This document shows, in pieces, positions 38,329 through 48,000 of a stretch of DNA of 64,000 bases. How positions within the stretch are numbered: the first letter of the stretch is position 1; each line of letters opens with the position of its first letter. The position numbers were made by a program, and so were the translations under genes. The stretch lies in contig JBMNOU010000002.1 in NCBI GenBank assembly GCA_050943215.1, positions 4,212 through 68,211 on the forward strand, written 5' to 3'. The DNA is from Christensenellales bacterium. Lineage in GTDB: Bacteria > Bacillota > Clostridia > Christensenellales > SZUA-584. The notes below the pieces were generated by a model. The model was not told where the DNA came from, did no database searches, and was given only the letters and a program-made list of their open reading frames with translations.

Positions 38329-38809
38329 ATGTGTATATCCCGGTAGTTTTGATCCGATTACCTGCGGCCATCTTGCCATCATAGAGCGGGCGGTGGCGAT
38401 GTTTGATACCGTTATTGTTGCGGTTCTGGTTAATAGCAATAAAAAACCGGCTTTTTCTGTTGAACAGCGCATGGAATATATCCGGCAAAGTACGGCCCAT
38501 TTACCGGGCATTAGGGTTGACAGCTTTGAAGGGCTGCTTGTCGACTATATGAAAAAGCAGGATGCCAACCTAATCATCAGGGGCTTAAGGGCAATATCAG
38601 ATTTCGAATATGAGTTTCAGATAGCCGCAATGAATGCAAAGCTTTCAAGGAATGTAGAGACGATATTCCTGATGACGGATATTAGCTATTCTTTTTTAAG
38701 TTCCAGTTTGGTTAAAGAGCTTGTATGTCATGGCGGTGATATAACCGGTCTTGTCCCGAAAGAAATAAAAGATAGCATAATTAAAAATTATGGCAAGGGG
38801 AATATATGA
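38309..38809 (+). CDS. coaD: Pantetheine-phosphate adenylyltransferase
   Basis: VYPGSFDPITCGHL...ISDFEYE matches CoaD. The start is either the ATG at 38309 or the GTG at 38321. Confidence 0.92.
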   Translation: MEKDVNKCVYPGSFDPITCGHLAIIERAVAMFDTVIVAVLVNSNKKPAFSVEQRMEYIRQSTAHLPGIRVDSFEGLLVDYMKKQDANLIIRGLRAISDFEYEFQIAAMNAKLSRNVETIFLMTDISYSFLSSSLVKELVCHGGDITGLVPKEIKDSIIKNYGKGNI

Positions 38810-39258
38810 AGATTTATGAACTGCTGGATGAATTAATAGAGGAGATAGAAGGCAGCCCAAAATCTGTTTTTTCAAATAAGAGGTCTGTCGATATCGAAAT
38901 CTTAATGGAGATTATCAGCGATTTAAAAGCAGCTATTCCCAATGAGATCAAAGAAGCAGAGCATATAATTAACGAAAGAGATCAGATGATGTCAAAGGCG
39001 AAAGAAGAAGCAGCTTCCATTATTGCTAGCGCCGAGGACGAGCTTCAGATACGTGTTGCAGACGATCGTGTTGTGCAGGAAGCGGAGATAAAAGCGAAAG
39101 AGCTTTTGGGTATTGCCGAAAACAATGCTAGGGAAATCAGTCTGGGTGCAAAAGAATACGCTGACGACATTTTAAACGAAGTAGAAGAATATTTAAGCAA
39201 CTATCTTGAAGTGATACGTAAAAACCGATTAGAGCTTTCGGGTAAACGGAAGAATTGA
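38806..39258 (+). CDS. Hypothetical acidic coiled-coil protein
   Basis: It is a 150-aa, Glu/Lys-rich helical protein coupled to coaD by an ATGA overlap. No catalytic motifs were recognised. Confidence 0.5.
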   Translation: MKIYELLDELIEEIEGSPKSVFSNKRSVDIEILMEIISDLKAAIPNEIKEAEHIINERDQMMSKAKEEAASIIASAEDELQIRVADDRVVQEAEIKAKELLGIAENNAREISLGAKEYADDILNEVEEYLSNYLEVIRKNRLELSGKRKN

Positions 39259-40395
39259 TTTGTTTGATTTATTTTTCTGGACGATTTTTATCAACAGCAA
39301 TATAGCGAAAGACACCACCGCGAAAATAAGACCGTAATATGCGGTCGTTTTTGTTTCTGCATGAATGTTTGAGGCCGATATTGTCATGGGGAACAGGCTA
39401 AGAGCAACCATGCAGAGTATATAAGAAAGAAATGCTTGAATGCTTTTTGCCATCAGAAACTTCGTAGGCTTGAGTCCCGAGCGCATTAGTACTGCTTTTG
39501 TCTGCATATGGATGCAAACTCCGCCAAAAGCGATGATCGATGATATAACAGACAGTTTTTGCATTACATTAATGTTTAGAGAAGCGGCATAACTACAGCC
39601 TGTTGTCATTTCAATACTACCGCATAGCATGGCTTTTGTGCTTTCGACAGATAATCCGGTAAGTTTGGCAACAGGGGAATAAATCCATGTTGCAGCATCC
39701 AAGATACCGGTCACCGACAGCATTTCCATAATTACAGAAAACACGATAATTAACCCGCCGATCTTAAGAAGCGTCATCAGTGCTTTTTCCACGCTGACTG
39801 CAAGCAATTCACTAAGAGGCTTGCACTGCATAATGTCTTGTCTAAAACGCAGACATGACTCTTTGAAACTGATTTTCGGATATTCTTTGGTTCTGCCTTT
39901 ATTAAAAAGACCGAATATAATTCCGGTCAGCAGTGCTGATAGGTAATGCGTGATGGCAAGGTAGATTCCCGCTTCTGGCAGGCCGAGCATCCCTGTGCTT
40001 ACGGCACCTGTGATAAAAACCGGACCCGATACGCTGGTAAAACGGATGATGATTTTCGCATCCGCTTCGGTAATCTGCTTTTTTTCATATAGTTCATTGG
40101 CAAGCTTTGCGCCAACGGGATAACCTGAAAATGCGGATGCAAAAAAGACATATGCGCTTTCGCCCGGTGCAGAGAATAAAACGCGCGTCACAGGCGCTAA
40201 AATATACGATATCAGCCTAACGACGCCGGTTTCAATTAATATGAACGACGCCACCATAAAAGGCAGCAAAGACGGCAATACAATAGTAAACCAGAGATTT
40301 AGCCCATATCTTGCTCTTTCAAGGCAATTTTCAGGATATAATAACAGCAGGATCATCATTGTGAATATTGCGATGATCAGAAAGAGTTTTTTCAT
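39229..40395 (-). CDS. ylbJ: Sporulation integral membrane protein YlbJ (nucleoside-recognition-domain family)
   Basis: It is a 388-aa polytopic protein. It has the Bacillus-like neighbourhood of rsmD(ylbH)-coaD(ylbI)-ylbJ...ylbM. Confidence 0.7.
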   Translation of the reverse strand: MKKLFLIIAIFTMMILLLLYPENCLERARYGLNLWFTIVLPSLLPFMVASFILIETGVVRLISYILAPVTRVLFSAPGESAYVFFASAFSGYPVGAKLANELYEKKQITEADAKIIIRFTSVSGPVFITGAVSTGMLGLPEAGIYLAITHYLSALLTGIIFGLFNKGRTKEYPKISFKESCLRFRQDIMQCKPLSELLAVSVEKALMTLLKIGGLIIVFSVIMEMLSVTGILDAATWIYSPVAKLTGLSVESTKAMLCGSIEMTTGCSYAASLNINVMQKLSVISSIIAFGGVCIHMQTKAVLMRSGLKPTKFLMAKSIQAFLSYILCMVALSLFPMTISASNIHAETKTTAYYGLIFAVVSFAILLLIKIVQKNKSNKSILPFTRKL

Positions 40396-40495
40396 TAAAT
40401 CACAGCCTTACAGGTTATTAATATGAAGGCAAAAGCTAACGTATGAGCTTGCGCTCTCTAAAAGTCTTTGGCCGTTATAAAGGAAAAAAAGTGTG

Positions 40496-41677
40496 TTATT
40501 CAATAATCAGTTTTTCGGTAAAATCTCTGGCTGTGGTGCAGAATGGCGCTTTTTTTTGGCAGAGCGCATAAAGATTTGAAGCAATGATGTCGATATCTGG
40601 ATAAGATGACGATGTGATTGAACCTACAACAAGCGGTACCCGTGCCGTTTTGGATAGTGCAGAGAGGACGCCCGCATTTTTAACACCAAGGACCCTGATA
40701 TGATCGATCTTTGAATGGTTCCGTATTGCAATCATATTTCTTGTAATGCCGAGAAGCGCATACAGCAATATACGGGAAATACGCGTATATGTATACCGTT
40801 TTGTCTTGACCTTTTCTATCAGCTCTTTTCTGGTCGTGCTTGTTAACGAAGCGTTATAAATCCTATTTTCCAGCCCCTCGGATACATCGGGCAATTTTTT
40901 GATATATTCGGTGCCCTCGCGCCGGAGTGTAAAAATGAGCTCCTTGTCAAAGCAGTCGGGCATTACAGGCAATAGCCCTTCTCTTAATAGCTTTGTTATA
41001 TAACGGGCACATGGCGTTGGCATTGCGCCTAGCGCAAGCATATCATGGTGATTGGCAAAGGCTTTGCGTATTGCCGTCGCGCTGGGCAATATCCCATAAA
41101 TATCTGCGGAATGATAATCTTCACCGATCCGTTTGATTGGATAAGGTTTCATGCAAGAACCGCTACGCAATATGGCCTTTAAGTATTCAATGCCCAGAAT
41201 GGCATTTGGCATAGTTATTTCTTCCGGCAAATAGGGGAAAGCGGCTTTCATCCGCGCTTTTGGGAAGCTATGACCTTCGCTCAGATACCTTTTTAGATCC
41301 TGTTTATATTCGTCCGTTTCGTTGATCAGTATCTCTGCGGCTCGTGTCAGCGAGTCGACGTCTTCTGTTTCGCAGCCAAAACTGATGGCCTCAGCTCCCG
41401 CTGCATCGAGAATGGCGACGCCGCCGGCCGCAAAACCTTCCGCGCTCTGTATAGAATATAATATAGGCAGCTCTAATACCGCATCGGCACCGCATTTAAG
41501 AGCACACGCAGTACGTGTCCATTTATCAAAAACGGCAGGTTCGCCACGCTGGACGAAATTTCCGCTTATTGCACAGACGATTAAATCTGCCCCGGTTTTT
41601 TCACGCGTCAGCAAAATGTGCTTTTCATGGCCGGAGTGAAACGGGTTATACTCAGCGACGATTCCGCTAATACGCAT
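40496..41677 (-). CDS. tmcAL: tRNA(Met) cytidine acetate ligase (YlbM/UPF0348 nucleotidyltransferase)
   Basis: The N-terminus GIVAEYNPFHSGHEKH (HxGH) is present and the size matches TmcAL. Confidence 0.8.
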   Translation of the reverse strand: MRISGIVAEYNPFHSGHEKHILLTREKTGADLIVCAISGNFVQRGEPAVFDKWTRTACALKCGADAVLELPILYSIQSAEGFAAGGVAILDAAGAEAISFGCETEDVDSLTRAAEILINETDEYKQDLKRYLSEGHSFPKARMKAAFPYLPEEITMPNAILGIEYLKAILRSGSCMKPYPIKRIGEDYHSADIYGILPSATAIRKAFANHHDMLALGAMPTPCARYITKLLREGLLPVMPDCFDKELIFTLRREGTEYIKKLPDVSEGLENRIYNASLTSTTRKELIEKVKTKRYTYTRISRILLYALLGITRNMIAIRNHSKIDHIRVLGVKNAGVLSALSKTARVPLVVGSITSSSYPDIDIIASNLYALCQKKAPFCTTARDFTEKLIIE

Positions 41678-41799
41678 AAATACTCCTTTTCAAAAGTTGA
41701 TATTTTATATATAATATAAAGATGGTTTTATTATAACACTTTAAGCGGGTGTTGTTGAGATAAAGATTTTGTAGTATCGAAGGGAGAAAAGATAATAAA

Positions 41800-42789
41800 A
41801 TGGGCTTGATGGACGATATCAAACAAAAGGCACGCGCCGCAAAAAAAAGGGTGGTGCTGCCTGAAGGCACTGAAGAGAGAACAATCAAGGCAGCAGAAAT
41901 TATCTCAAAAGAGGGGATTGCAGATGTTATACTAATCGGCAACCAAGATGAGATCAAAGAAAAGGCCAGGGGCCTAGATTATAAGAGAGTTACAATCATT
42001 GACTCTACACAATCGGATAAACTAGAAGATTACGCAACAGCATTTTATGAACTGCGCAAGCACAAAGGGATAACGCAGGAAGATGCAAAAAAAACGGTAA
42101 CAGACCCGCTATTCTACGCATGTATGATGATAAAGAAGGGCGACGCGGACGGCATGGTAGCCGGCGCGATCAACACAACGGCAAACACACTTCGACCCGC
42201 ATTGCAGATTATTAAAACTTCACCAGGCATTCCAGTTGTATCTAGCTGTTTCATCATGGTACTAAAAACAAAAGATTTTGGACATAACGGCATCCTTTTA
42301 TTCGGGGATTGTGCGATTAACCCAGATCCAGACGAAAATCAGCTTGCGGCTATTGCAGTTTCGACTGCAAAGACAGGCGTTCAGCTGACAGGCTTGTCTC
42401 CAAAAGTTGCGATGCTTTCATTTTCCACAAAGGGCAGTGCAAAGCATGAGCTCGTTGATAAAGTCGTCAAAGCGACCCAAATGGCCAGGCAGCTTAACCC
42501 GGGGCTGATAGTAGACGGGGAGCTGCAGGCGGATGCGGCATTGGTTGAAAAAGTCAGTCAGCTTAAATCTCCAGGAAGTTCCATTGCAGGAAAAGCGAAT
42601 GTATTAATATTTCCGGATCTGCAGTCAGGGAATATCGGATATAAGCTTGTCCAAAGGCTTGCGGGCGCGGAAGCGATCGGGCCGATATGCCAGGGGCTTG
42701 CTGCACCGGTCAATGATCTGTCACGGGGTTGCAGCGTAGAAGATATCGTGTCTGTTGTTGCTATTACAGCAGTACAGGCGCAAAATTAG
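41800..42789 (+). CDS. pta: Phosphate acetyltransferase
   Basis: The 329-aa short-form Pta has RVVLPEG...DPLFYACMMIKKGDADGMVAG...SRGCS. Confidence 0.92.
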   Translation: MGLMDDIKQKARAAKKRVVLPEGTEERTIKAAEIISKEGIADVILIGNQDEIKEKARGLDYKRVTIIDSTQSDKLEDYATAFYELRKHKGITQEDAKKTVTDPLFYACMMIKKGDADGMVAGAINTTANTLRPALQIIKTSPGIPVVSSCFIMVLKTKDFGHNGILLFGDCAINPDPDENQLAAIAVSTAKTGVQLTGLSPKVAMLSFSTKGSAKHELVDKVVKATQMARQLNPGLIVDGELQADAALVEKVSQLKSPGSSIAGKANVLIFPDLQSGNIGYKLVQRLAGAEAIGPICQGLAAPVNDLSRGCSVEDIVSVVAITAVQAQN

Positions 42790-42798
42790 GAGGGACCA

Positions 42799-43992
42799 AT
42801 GAATATACTTGTGATTAATGCTGGCAGTTCTTCTTTAAAATACCAGCTGATAGAAATTAACAATAATAAGGTTATCGCCAAAGGCCTTGTCGAGCGCATC
42901 GGCATCGAAGGATCAATATTGACGCATAAACCGGAAACCAAAGATAATGTCATCATAAAGCAGCCCATGCCTGATCATAAAATCGCAATACAGCTGGTGC
43001 TTCGTGCGCTGACAGACAAAGAGCATGGTGTTGTTTCGAGCATGAGTGAGATCAACGCAGTCGGGCACCGAGTGGTTCATGGGGCTGAGTTATTCTCGGA
43101 CAGCGTGGTTATTAACGATGAAGTAATAGCGGCTATCAATGAGTGCTGTGAACTCGCGCCGCTGCATAATCCGGCCAATTTGATGGGGATTGAGGCTTGC
43201 AGAAGCATTATGCCTGACGTCCCGATGGTTGGCGTGTTTGATACGGCGTTCCATCAGACAATGCCAAAACGCGCATATCTTTATGGCCTTTCTTACGAAG
43301 CATATAGTAAATACCGTATCCGCCGTTATGGTTTTCACGGCACTTCGCATAAATATGTTGCGTCAAGATATGCCGAGCTTGTGGGCAAAGATATCAAAGA
43401 TCTCAAGATCGTTACATGCCACCTGGGCAATGGTTCTAGTATAACGGCTGTGGACGGAGGCAAATCTATGGACACCTCAATGGGCTTTACGCCGCTTGAG
43501 GGCCTTATTATGGGAACGCGTTCGGGAGATATCGATCCGGCAATAGTGCCGTATCTGATGGACAAGATGTCTATGAACCTCGATCAGGCTATCACATACC
43601 TAAATAAAGAATGCGGCGTTTACGGAATATCCGGTGTTTCGAGTGATTTCCGCGATTTGCATGCTGCAGCTCAGGCGGGCAATGAATTTGCTAGTACAGC
43701 GCTGCAAGCATTTTGCTATCGGATACGCAAGTTCATTGGCGCTTACGCTGCGGTAATGGGAGGTATTAACGCAATTGTGTTCACTGCAGGCATTGGAGAA
43801 AATGATCATTTGGTTCGCGACTGGTGTATTGACGGGCTTGGGTTCCTCGGCGCATATATCGATAAAGATGCTAACAATATGAGGGGGAAAGAGATCCGCA
43901 TCTCTTCCGCAGAATCAAGCGTTGATATCTGGTGTATCCCGACGAATGAAGAGCTGGCCATTGCCAAAGAAACATATGCGCTTTGCAAATAG
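42799..43992 (+). CDS. ackA: Acetate kinase
   Basis: [23 protein letters not shown] and FTAGIGEN are present. Confidence 0.95.
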   Translation: MNILVINAGSSSLKYQLIEINNNKVIAKGLVERIGIEGSILTHKPETKDNVIIKQPMPDHKIAIQLVLRALTDKEHGVVSSMSEINAVGHRVVHGAELFSDSVVINDEVIAAINECCELAPLHNPANLMGIEACRSIMPDVPMVGVFDTAFHQTMPKRAYLYGLSYEAYSKYRIRRYGFHGTSHKYVASRYAELVGKDIKDLKIVTCHLGNGSSITAVDGGKSMDTSMGFTPLEGLIMGTRSGDIDPAIVPYLMDKMSMNLDQAITYLNKECGVYGISGVSSDFRDLHAAAQAGNEFASTALQAFCYRIRKFIGAYAAVMGGINAIVFTAGIGENDHLVRDWCIDGLGFLGAYIDKDANNMRGKEIRISSAESSVDIWCIPTNEELAIAKETYALCK

Positions 43993-43994
43993 TA

Positions 43995-44023
43995 TAGACA
44001 AAAAAATGGGCTGAGAGTATAAT
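43995..44023 (+). promoter_or_regulatory. hisS-aspS promoter (TAGACA-N17-TATAAT)
   Basis: TAGACA is at 43995-44000 and a perfect TATAAT at 44018-44023, with a 17-nt spacer. This places the transcript 5' end near 44030. Confidence 0.6.
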
Positions 44024-44029
44024 CAGCAC

Positions 44030-44228
44030 AAGAAGAGGACGCCTATCCATAAATTCAAGCCTTTTAAGGGACTTTTCGACGTGACTGCAATCGAAAAGAA
44101 GGCTGTTTGTATAAGGTAACAGCCTCTTTACAAATAAATCAAGATAGAGTGCCCAAGAGCATTCTTGGGAATCTGGGTGGTACCGCGGGTTTTTCTCGTC
44201 CCTGTCTTGTGACGGGGACGTTTTATTT
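44030..44228 (+). promoter_or_regulatory. T-box leader (tRNA-sensing transcription attenuator) of the hisS-aspS operon
   Basis: The T-box sequence AATCTGGGTGGTACCGCGG is at 44070-44089. It is preceded by the stem III hairpin CCCAAGA-GCA-TTCTTGGG. The terminator is CGTCCCTGTC-TTGT-GACGGGGACG followed by TTTTATTT (44197-44228). Stem I has an AGGGA bulge and a GUGA-containing distal loop (44058-44104). Confidence 0.9.
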
Positions 44229-44266
44229 CCCGGGGTAATAGCCAATATAAATAATCGAGGTGGAAA

Positions 44267-45532
44267 ATGCTGACACAAGCGCCGAAAGGTACGAAAGATA
44301 TTTTACCTGCCCAAAGCGGAAAATGGCAATATATCGAGGCGGTCATCAGGGATATTTGCGCTAAATTCGGATACAGCGAGATTAGGACGCCTGTATTTGA
44401 ACATACAGAGCTTTATCTAAGGGGCGTCGGCGATACGACGGATATTGTGCAAAAAGAGATGTATACTTTTTTGGACAAGGGACAGCGCAGCATCACGTTA
44501 AAACCTGAGGGTACGGCAGGTGTTGTCAGGAGCTTTATTGAAAACAAGCTCTTTGCCGAAGCGCAGCCTACAAAGATGTATTACCTTTCAACACCTGTTT
44601 TCAGGTACGAACGGCCTCAGGCAGGGCGCCTTAGGGAACATCATCAGTTTGGTATCGAAGTGTTTGGAGCAGCGGGCCCTTCTATTGATGCTGAAGTGAT
44701 CTCGGTTGCGTTATCGCTTTTTGATACACTACATATCAAAGATTTAAAGCTTAACATCAACAGCATTGGCTGCAAGGCATGCCGGCCTCAGTATAACGCT
44801 GCGCTTAGAGACTTTTTACGGCAAAACGCCAGCGATTTATGCAAGACATGCCGTGAAAGGATGGTCGCAAATCCGCTTCGAACGCTGGACTGCAAAGAAG
44901 AGGGGTGCAATAAAGTTCTTGATGGCGCACCCGTCATGCTAGATTATCTGTGTGAAGGTTGCCATACACATTTTAAAGGTCTAAAAACACGGCTTGAAAG
45001 CGCTGGGATCGATTATACGGTAAATCCGTTTATCGTTCGCGGCCTCGACTACTACACAAAAACGGTGTTTGAGATCATTTCGACGGGAATCGGCGCGCAA
45101 GGAACCGTCTGCGGCGGCGGAAGGTATGACGGGCTTGTTGAAGAGATCGGGGGGCCGCCAACGCCTGGTATTGGTTTTGGCCTTGGCATAGAGCGACTGC
45201 TACTCGTACTAGAATCGCTGGGGATAAATCTTCCGGCAACAGAAAAAACTGATATCTATGTTTGCACTCTTGGAGAAACGGCGAATATTGAAGGTTTTTG
45301 TATTGCCGCAAAGCTTCGGAAGATGGGAATCAAGGCCGATGTTGACCATATGGGCAGAAGCTTAAAAGCACAGCTTAAATATGCGAATAAAACCGGCGCC
45401 TCAAGGGTTATTATAATCGGAGAAGATGAAATAAAAAAAGGTGTCGCCGTGGTTAGGGATATGAAAAACAGCACGGAAAATATTGTTCCTCTTAAGGAAC
45501 TGAATGAATTGATAAAGGCAGGTCTACAATGA
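44267..45532 (+). CDS. hisS: Histidine--tRNA ligase
   Basis: Class II motifs are present: GTKDILP, FRYERPQAGRLREHHQ and GGGRYDGL. Confidence 0.95.
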   Translation: MLTQAPKGTKDILPAQSGKWQYIEAVIRDICAKFGYSEIRTPVFEHTELYLRGVGDTTDIVQKEMYTFLDKGQRSITLKPEGTAGVVRSFIENKLFAEAQPTKMYYLSTPVFRYERPQAGRLREHHQFGIEVFGAAGPSIDAEVISVALSLFDTLHIKDLKLNINSIGCKACRPQYNAALRDFLRQNASDLCKTCRERMVANPLRTLDCKEEGCNKVLDGAPVMLDYLCEGCHTHFKGLKTRLESAGIDYTVNPFIVRGLDYYTKTVFEIISTGIGAQGTVCGGGRYDGLVEEIGGPPTPGIGFGLGIERLLLVLESLGINLPATEKTDIYVCTLGETANIEGFCIAAKLRKMGIKADVDHMGRSLKAQLKYANKTGASRVIIIGEDEIKKGVAVVRDMKNSTENIVPLKELNELIKAGLQ

Positions 45533-47310
45533 GCGAGTTTTTGCAAGGATGGAAGAGGACAGATTATTGCACCCGTTTTTCGGTGGATGATATCCGCCGA
45601 GACGTTACGTTGATGGGATGGGTACAGACGCGCCGAGATCTGGGCGCATTGATTTTTGTCGATTTGAGAGACAGAACGGGTATCATGCAGCTGGTTTTTG
45701 ACGAATCGCTTATGGAAGATGATTTTTCTAAAGCTGAGAGCTTAAGAAGCGAGTTTGTGATTGCGGTAAAAGGTACTATTGTGAGGCGCGATCCCGAGAC
45801 GATCAACGAAAAACTGCCCACGGGATTGATTGAGCTTAAAGTAAAGTCACTTAAAATATTAAGCAAAGCACAGACGCCGCCGTTTGAGATTACCGATGAC
45901 ACCGCCGTTCGGGAAGAGGTGCGTTTAAAATACAGGTATCTTGACCTACGCAGACCAGTGATGCAAAAAAACATGCTGATGAGAAGCCGGATCTCTGCAG
46001 CAGCGAGAGATTACCTTACAAAAAACGGTTTTATAGATATCGAGACGCCGGTGCTGACAAAGAGCACACCGGAAGGCGCACGGGATTATCTGGTTCCTTC
46101 AAGAATCCATGAAGGCAGTTTCTATGCGCTGCCGCAGTCTCCGCAGACATTAAAACAGTTATTGATGATATCTGGATTTGACAGATATTTTCAGATCGTT
46201 AAATGTTTCAGAGATGAGGATCTGCGTGCAGATAGACAACCTGAGTTCACGCAAATAGACATTGAAATGTCTTTCGTGGACGTGGATGATATTATCGAAG
46301 TTAACGAGGGGCTGATTGCGCATATTTTTAAACAAACGATGGGAATCGACATATCGCTGCCACTGAAAAGGCTAACTTATAAAGAGGCTATGGACCGGTA
46401 CGGGTCGGACAAGCCGGATACACGGTTTGGGCTTGAACTTATTAACGTCAGCGATGTTGTGGAAAACACTGGGTTCAAGGTTTTTTCTTCGGTCGTTAAA
46501 AACGGGGGCAGCGTACGAGCAATCAACGTCAAAGGCGGAGTCGATAAATTTGCAAGGAAAGAGATCGATGCGCTTGTGGATTTTGTCAAAATATTCGGAG
46601 CCAAGGGGATGGCATGGATATCGATGAAACAGGATGGCATGCAGTCGCCCATCACAAAGTTCTTTAATGAGGAAGAATTGTTAAAGCTGCTTCAAAGAAC
46701 GGAAGCTAAAACGGGGGATATTATTTTCTTTGTGGGAGACAAGGACAAGGTTGTTTATGACGCACTCGGCAACCTGCGTTTAAAACTCGCTGAAAAGCTC
46801 GAATTGATTGACGAGAGCGTTTTTGATTTGTTATGGGTGGTCGATTTCCCTGTGTTTGAATATAGTGAGGAGGAAAAGCGTTATACGGCCATGCACCATC
46901 CTTTTACGTCTCCGAAGGATGAGGATGTCGATAAACTTGAAAGCAATCCGGCCAACGCATACGCAAAGGCATACGATATCGTATTAAATGGCAACGAGAT
47001 CGGCGGCGGAAGCATCCGTATACATAGCTCGCATGTTCAGGAAAAGATGCTAAAGGCACTCGGATTTTCAAAAGAGCAGGCATGGGAAAATTTTGGTTTC
47101 TTGCTCGAAGCATTAAAATATGGTGCACCTCCGCACGGCGGTATCGCATACGGCCTTGATAGGCTGGCTATGCTACTTCTTAGGCGTTCGTCGATTAGGG
47201 ATGTGATTGCGTTTCCAAAGGTACAGAATGCGTCATGCCCAATGACAGGAGCGCCCTCAAAGGTATCGGCAAAACAGCTTGACGAACTGAGTTTAAAGGT
47301 AACGGAGTAA
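45529..47310 (+). CDS. aspS: Aspartate--tRNA ligase
   Basis: FRDEDLRADRQPEFTQID, GGGSIRIH and the bacterial insertion domain are present. The length is 593 aa. Confidence 0.95.
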   Translation: MSEFLQGWKRTDYCTRFSVDDIRRDVTLMGWVQTRRDLGALIFVDLRDRTGIMQLVFDESLMEDDFSKAESLRSEFVIAVKGTIVRRDPETINEKLPTGLIELKVKSLKILSKAQTPPFEITDDTAVREEVRLKYRYLDLRRPVMQKNMLMRSRISAAARDYLTKNGFIDIETPVLTKSTPEGARDYLVPSRIHEGSFYALPQSPQTLKQLLMISGFDRYFQIVKCFRDEDLRADRQPEFTQIDIEMSFVDVDDIIEVNEGLIAHIFKQTMGIDISLPLKRLTYKEAMDRYGSDKPDTRFGLELINVSDVVENTGFKVFSSVVKNGGSVRAINVKGGVDKFARKEIDALVDFVKIFGAKGMAWISMKQDGMQSPITKFFNEEELLKLLQRTEAKTGDIIFFVGDKDKVVYDALGNLRLKLAEKLELIDESVFDLLWVVDFPVFEYSEEEKRYTAMHHPFTSPKDEDVDKLESNPANAYAKAYDIVLNGNEIGGGSIRIHSSHVQEKMLKALGFSKEQAWENFGFLLEALKYGAPPHGGIAYGLDRLAMLLLRRSSIRDVIAFPKVQNASCPMTGAPSKVSAKQLDELSLKVTE

Positions 47311-48000
47311 TTGAACGATTTCTCGAGGCATGAAAAACTAATTGGTGCTGAGGGTATGGAGAAGCTTTCAGAGGCCCATGTCGCAATATTCGGTATAGGC
47401 GGCGTTGGCGGATATACGGCGGAAGCGCTCTCGAGGGCAGCGGTGGGGCGCATCACGCTGATAGATAGCGACAATGTGGAGGTAACTAATATTAACAGGC
47501 AGATCGTCGCGCTGAAAAGCACGGTTGGAGAGCCTAAGGTTTTAGTGATGCAATCGCGCATCAAAGATATTAATCCGCATTGCGCCGTAACCACAAAAAT
47601 GGTTTTTGTCACAGCCGAAAACGCAGGTGAGTTGCTGACGGATATCACTTATGCCATTGATGCGGTCGATAACGTAAGCGCAAAGCTTGCAATTATAACG
47701 GCATGCAGGGAAAAAGATATACCTATCATTTCGGCAATGGGCGCTGGCAACAAGCTGGCAGGAATCTTTCATGTAGCCGATGTTTTTGATACAAAGAATG
47801 ATGCATTGGCCAGAGTAATGCGCAGGGAATTAAGGAAACGTGGCATCGAGAGTCTAAAAGTGGTCTGCAGCGATATGCCGGGAGTACAAGAGGTAACGGC
47901 AAACGAACCGATACCCAGCATATCGTACATGCCGGGACTATGCGGACTAACGATTGCCGGAGAGGTTATCAGAGATATTATCGGGTGGAAAAATGGTTGA
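47311..48000 (+). CDS. tcdA: tRNA threonylcarbamoyladenosine dehydratase (ThiF/E1-like)
   Basis: The Rossmann motif VAIFGIGGVGGY and DSDNVEVTNINRQ are present. It starts at TTG immediately after the aspS stop. Confidence 0.8.
   Translation: MNDFSRHEKLIGAEGMEKLSEAHVAIFGIGGVGGYTAEALSRAAVGRITLIDSDNVEVTNINRQIVALKSTVGEPKVLVMQSRIKDINPHCAVTTKMVFVTAENAGELLTDITYAIDAVDNVSAKLAIITACREKDIPIISAMGAGNKLAGIFHVADVFDTKNDALARVMRRELRKRGIESLKVVCSDMPGVQEVTANEPIPSISYMPGLCGLTIAGEVIRDIIGWKNG

Noticed and set aside
44101-44125. The hairpin GGCTGTT-N10-AACAGCC as an ackA terminator.
   Set aside because: It lies downstream of the hisS promoter, inside the T-box leader, and has no T-run. Its arms overlap the helices I assign to T-box Stem I.
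47037-47648. A 203-aa minus-strand ORF spanning the aspS/tcdA junction. Similar antisense ORFs occur at 20218-20859, 35994-36506, 57512-58093 and 54305-54918.
   Set aside because: All are antisense to well-supported housekeeping genes and have biased, motif-free translations.
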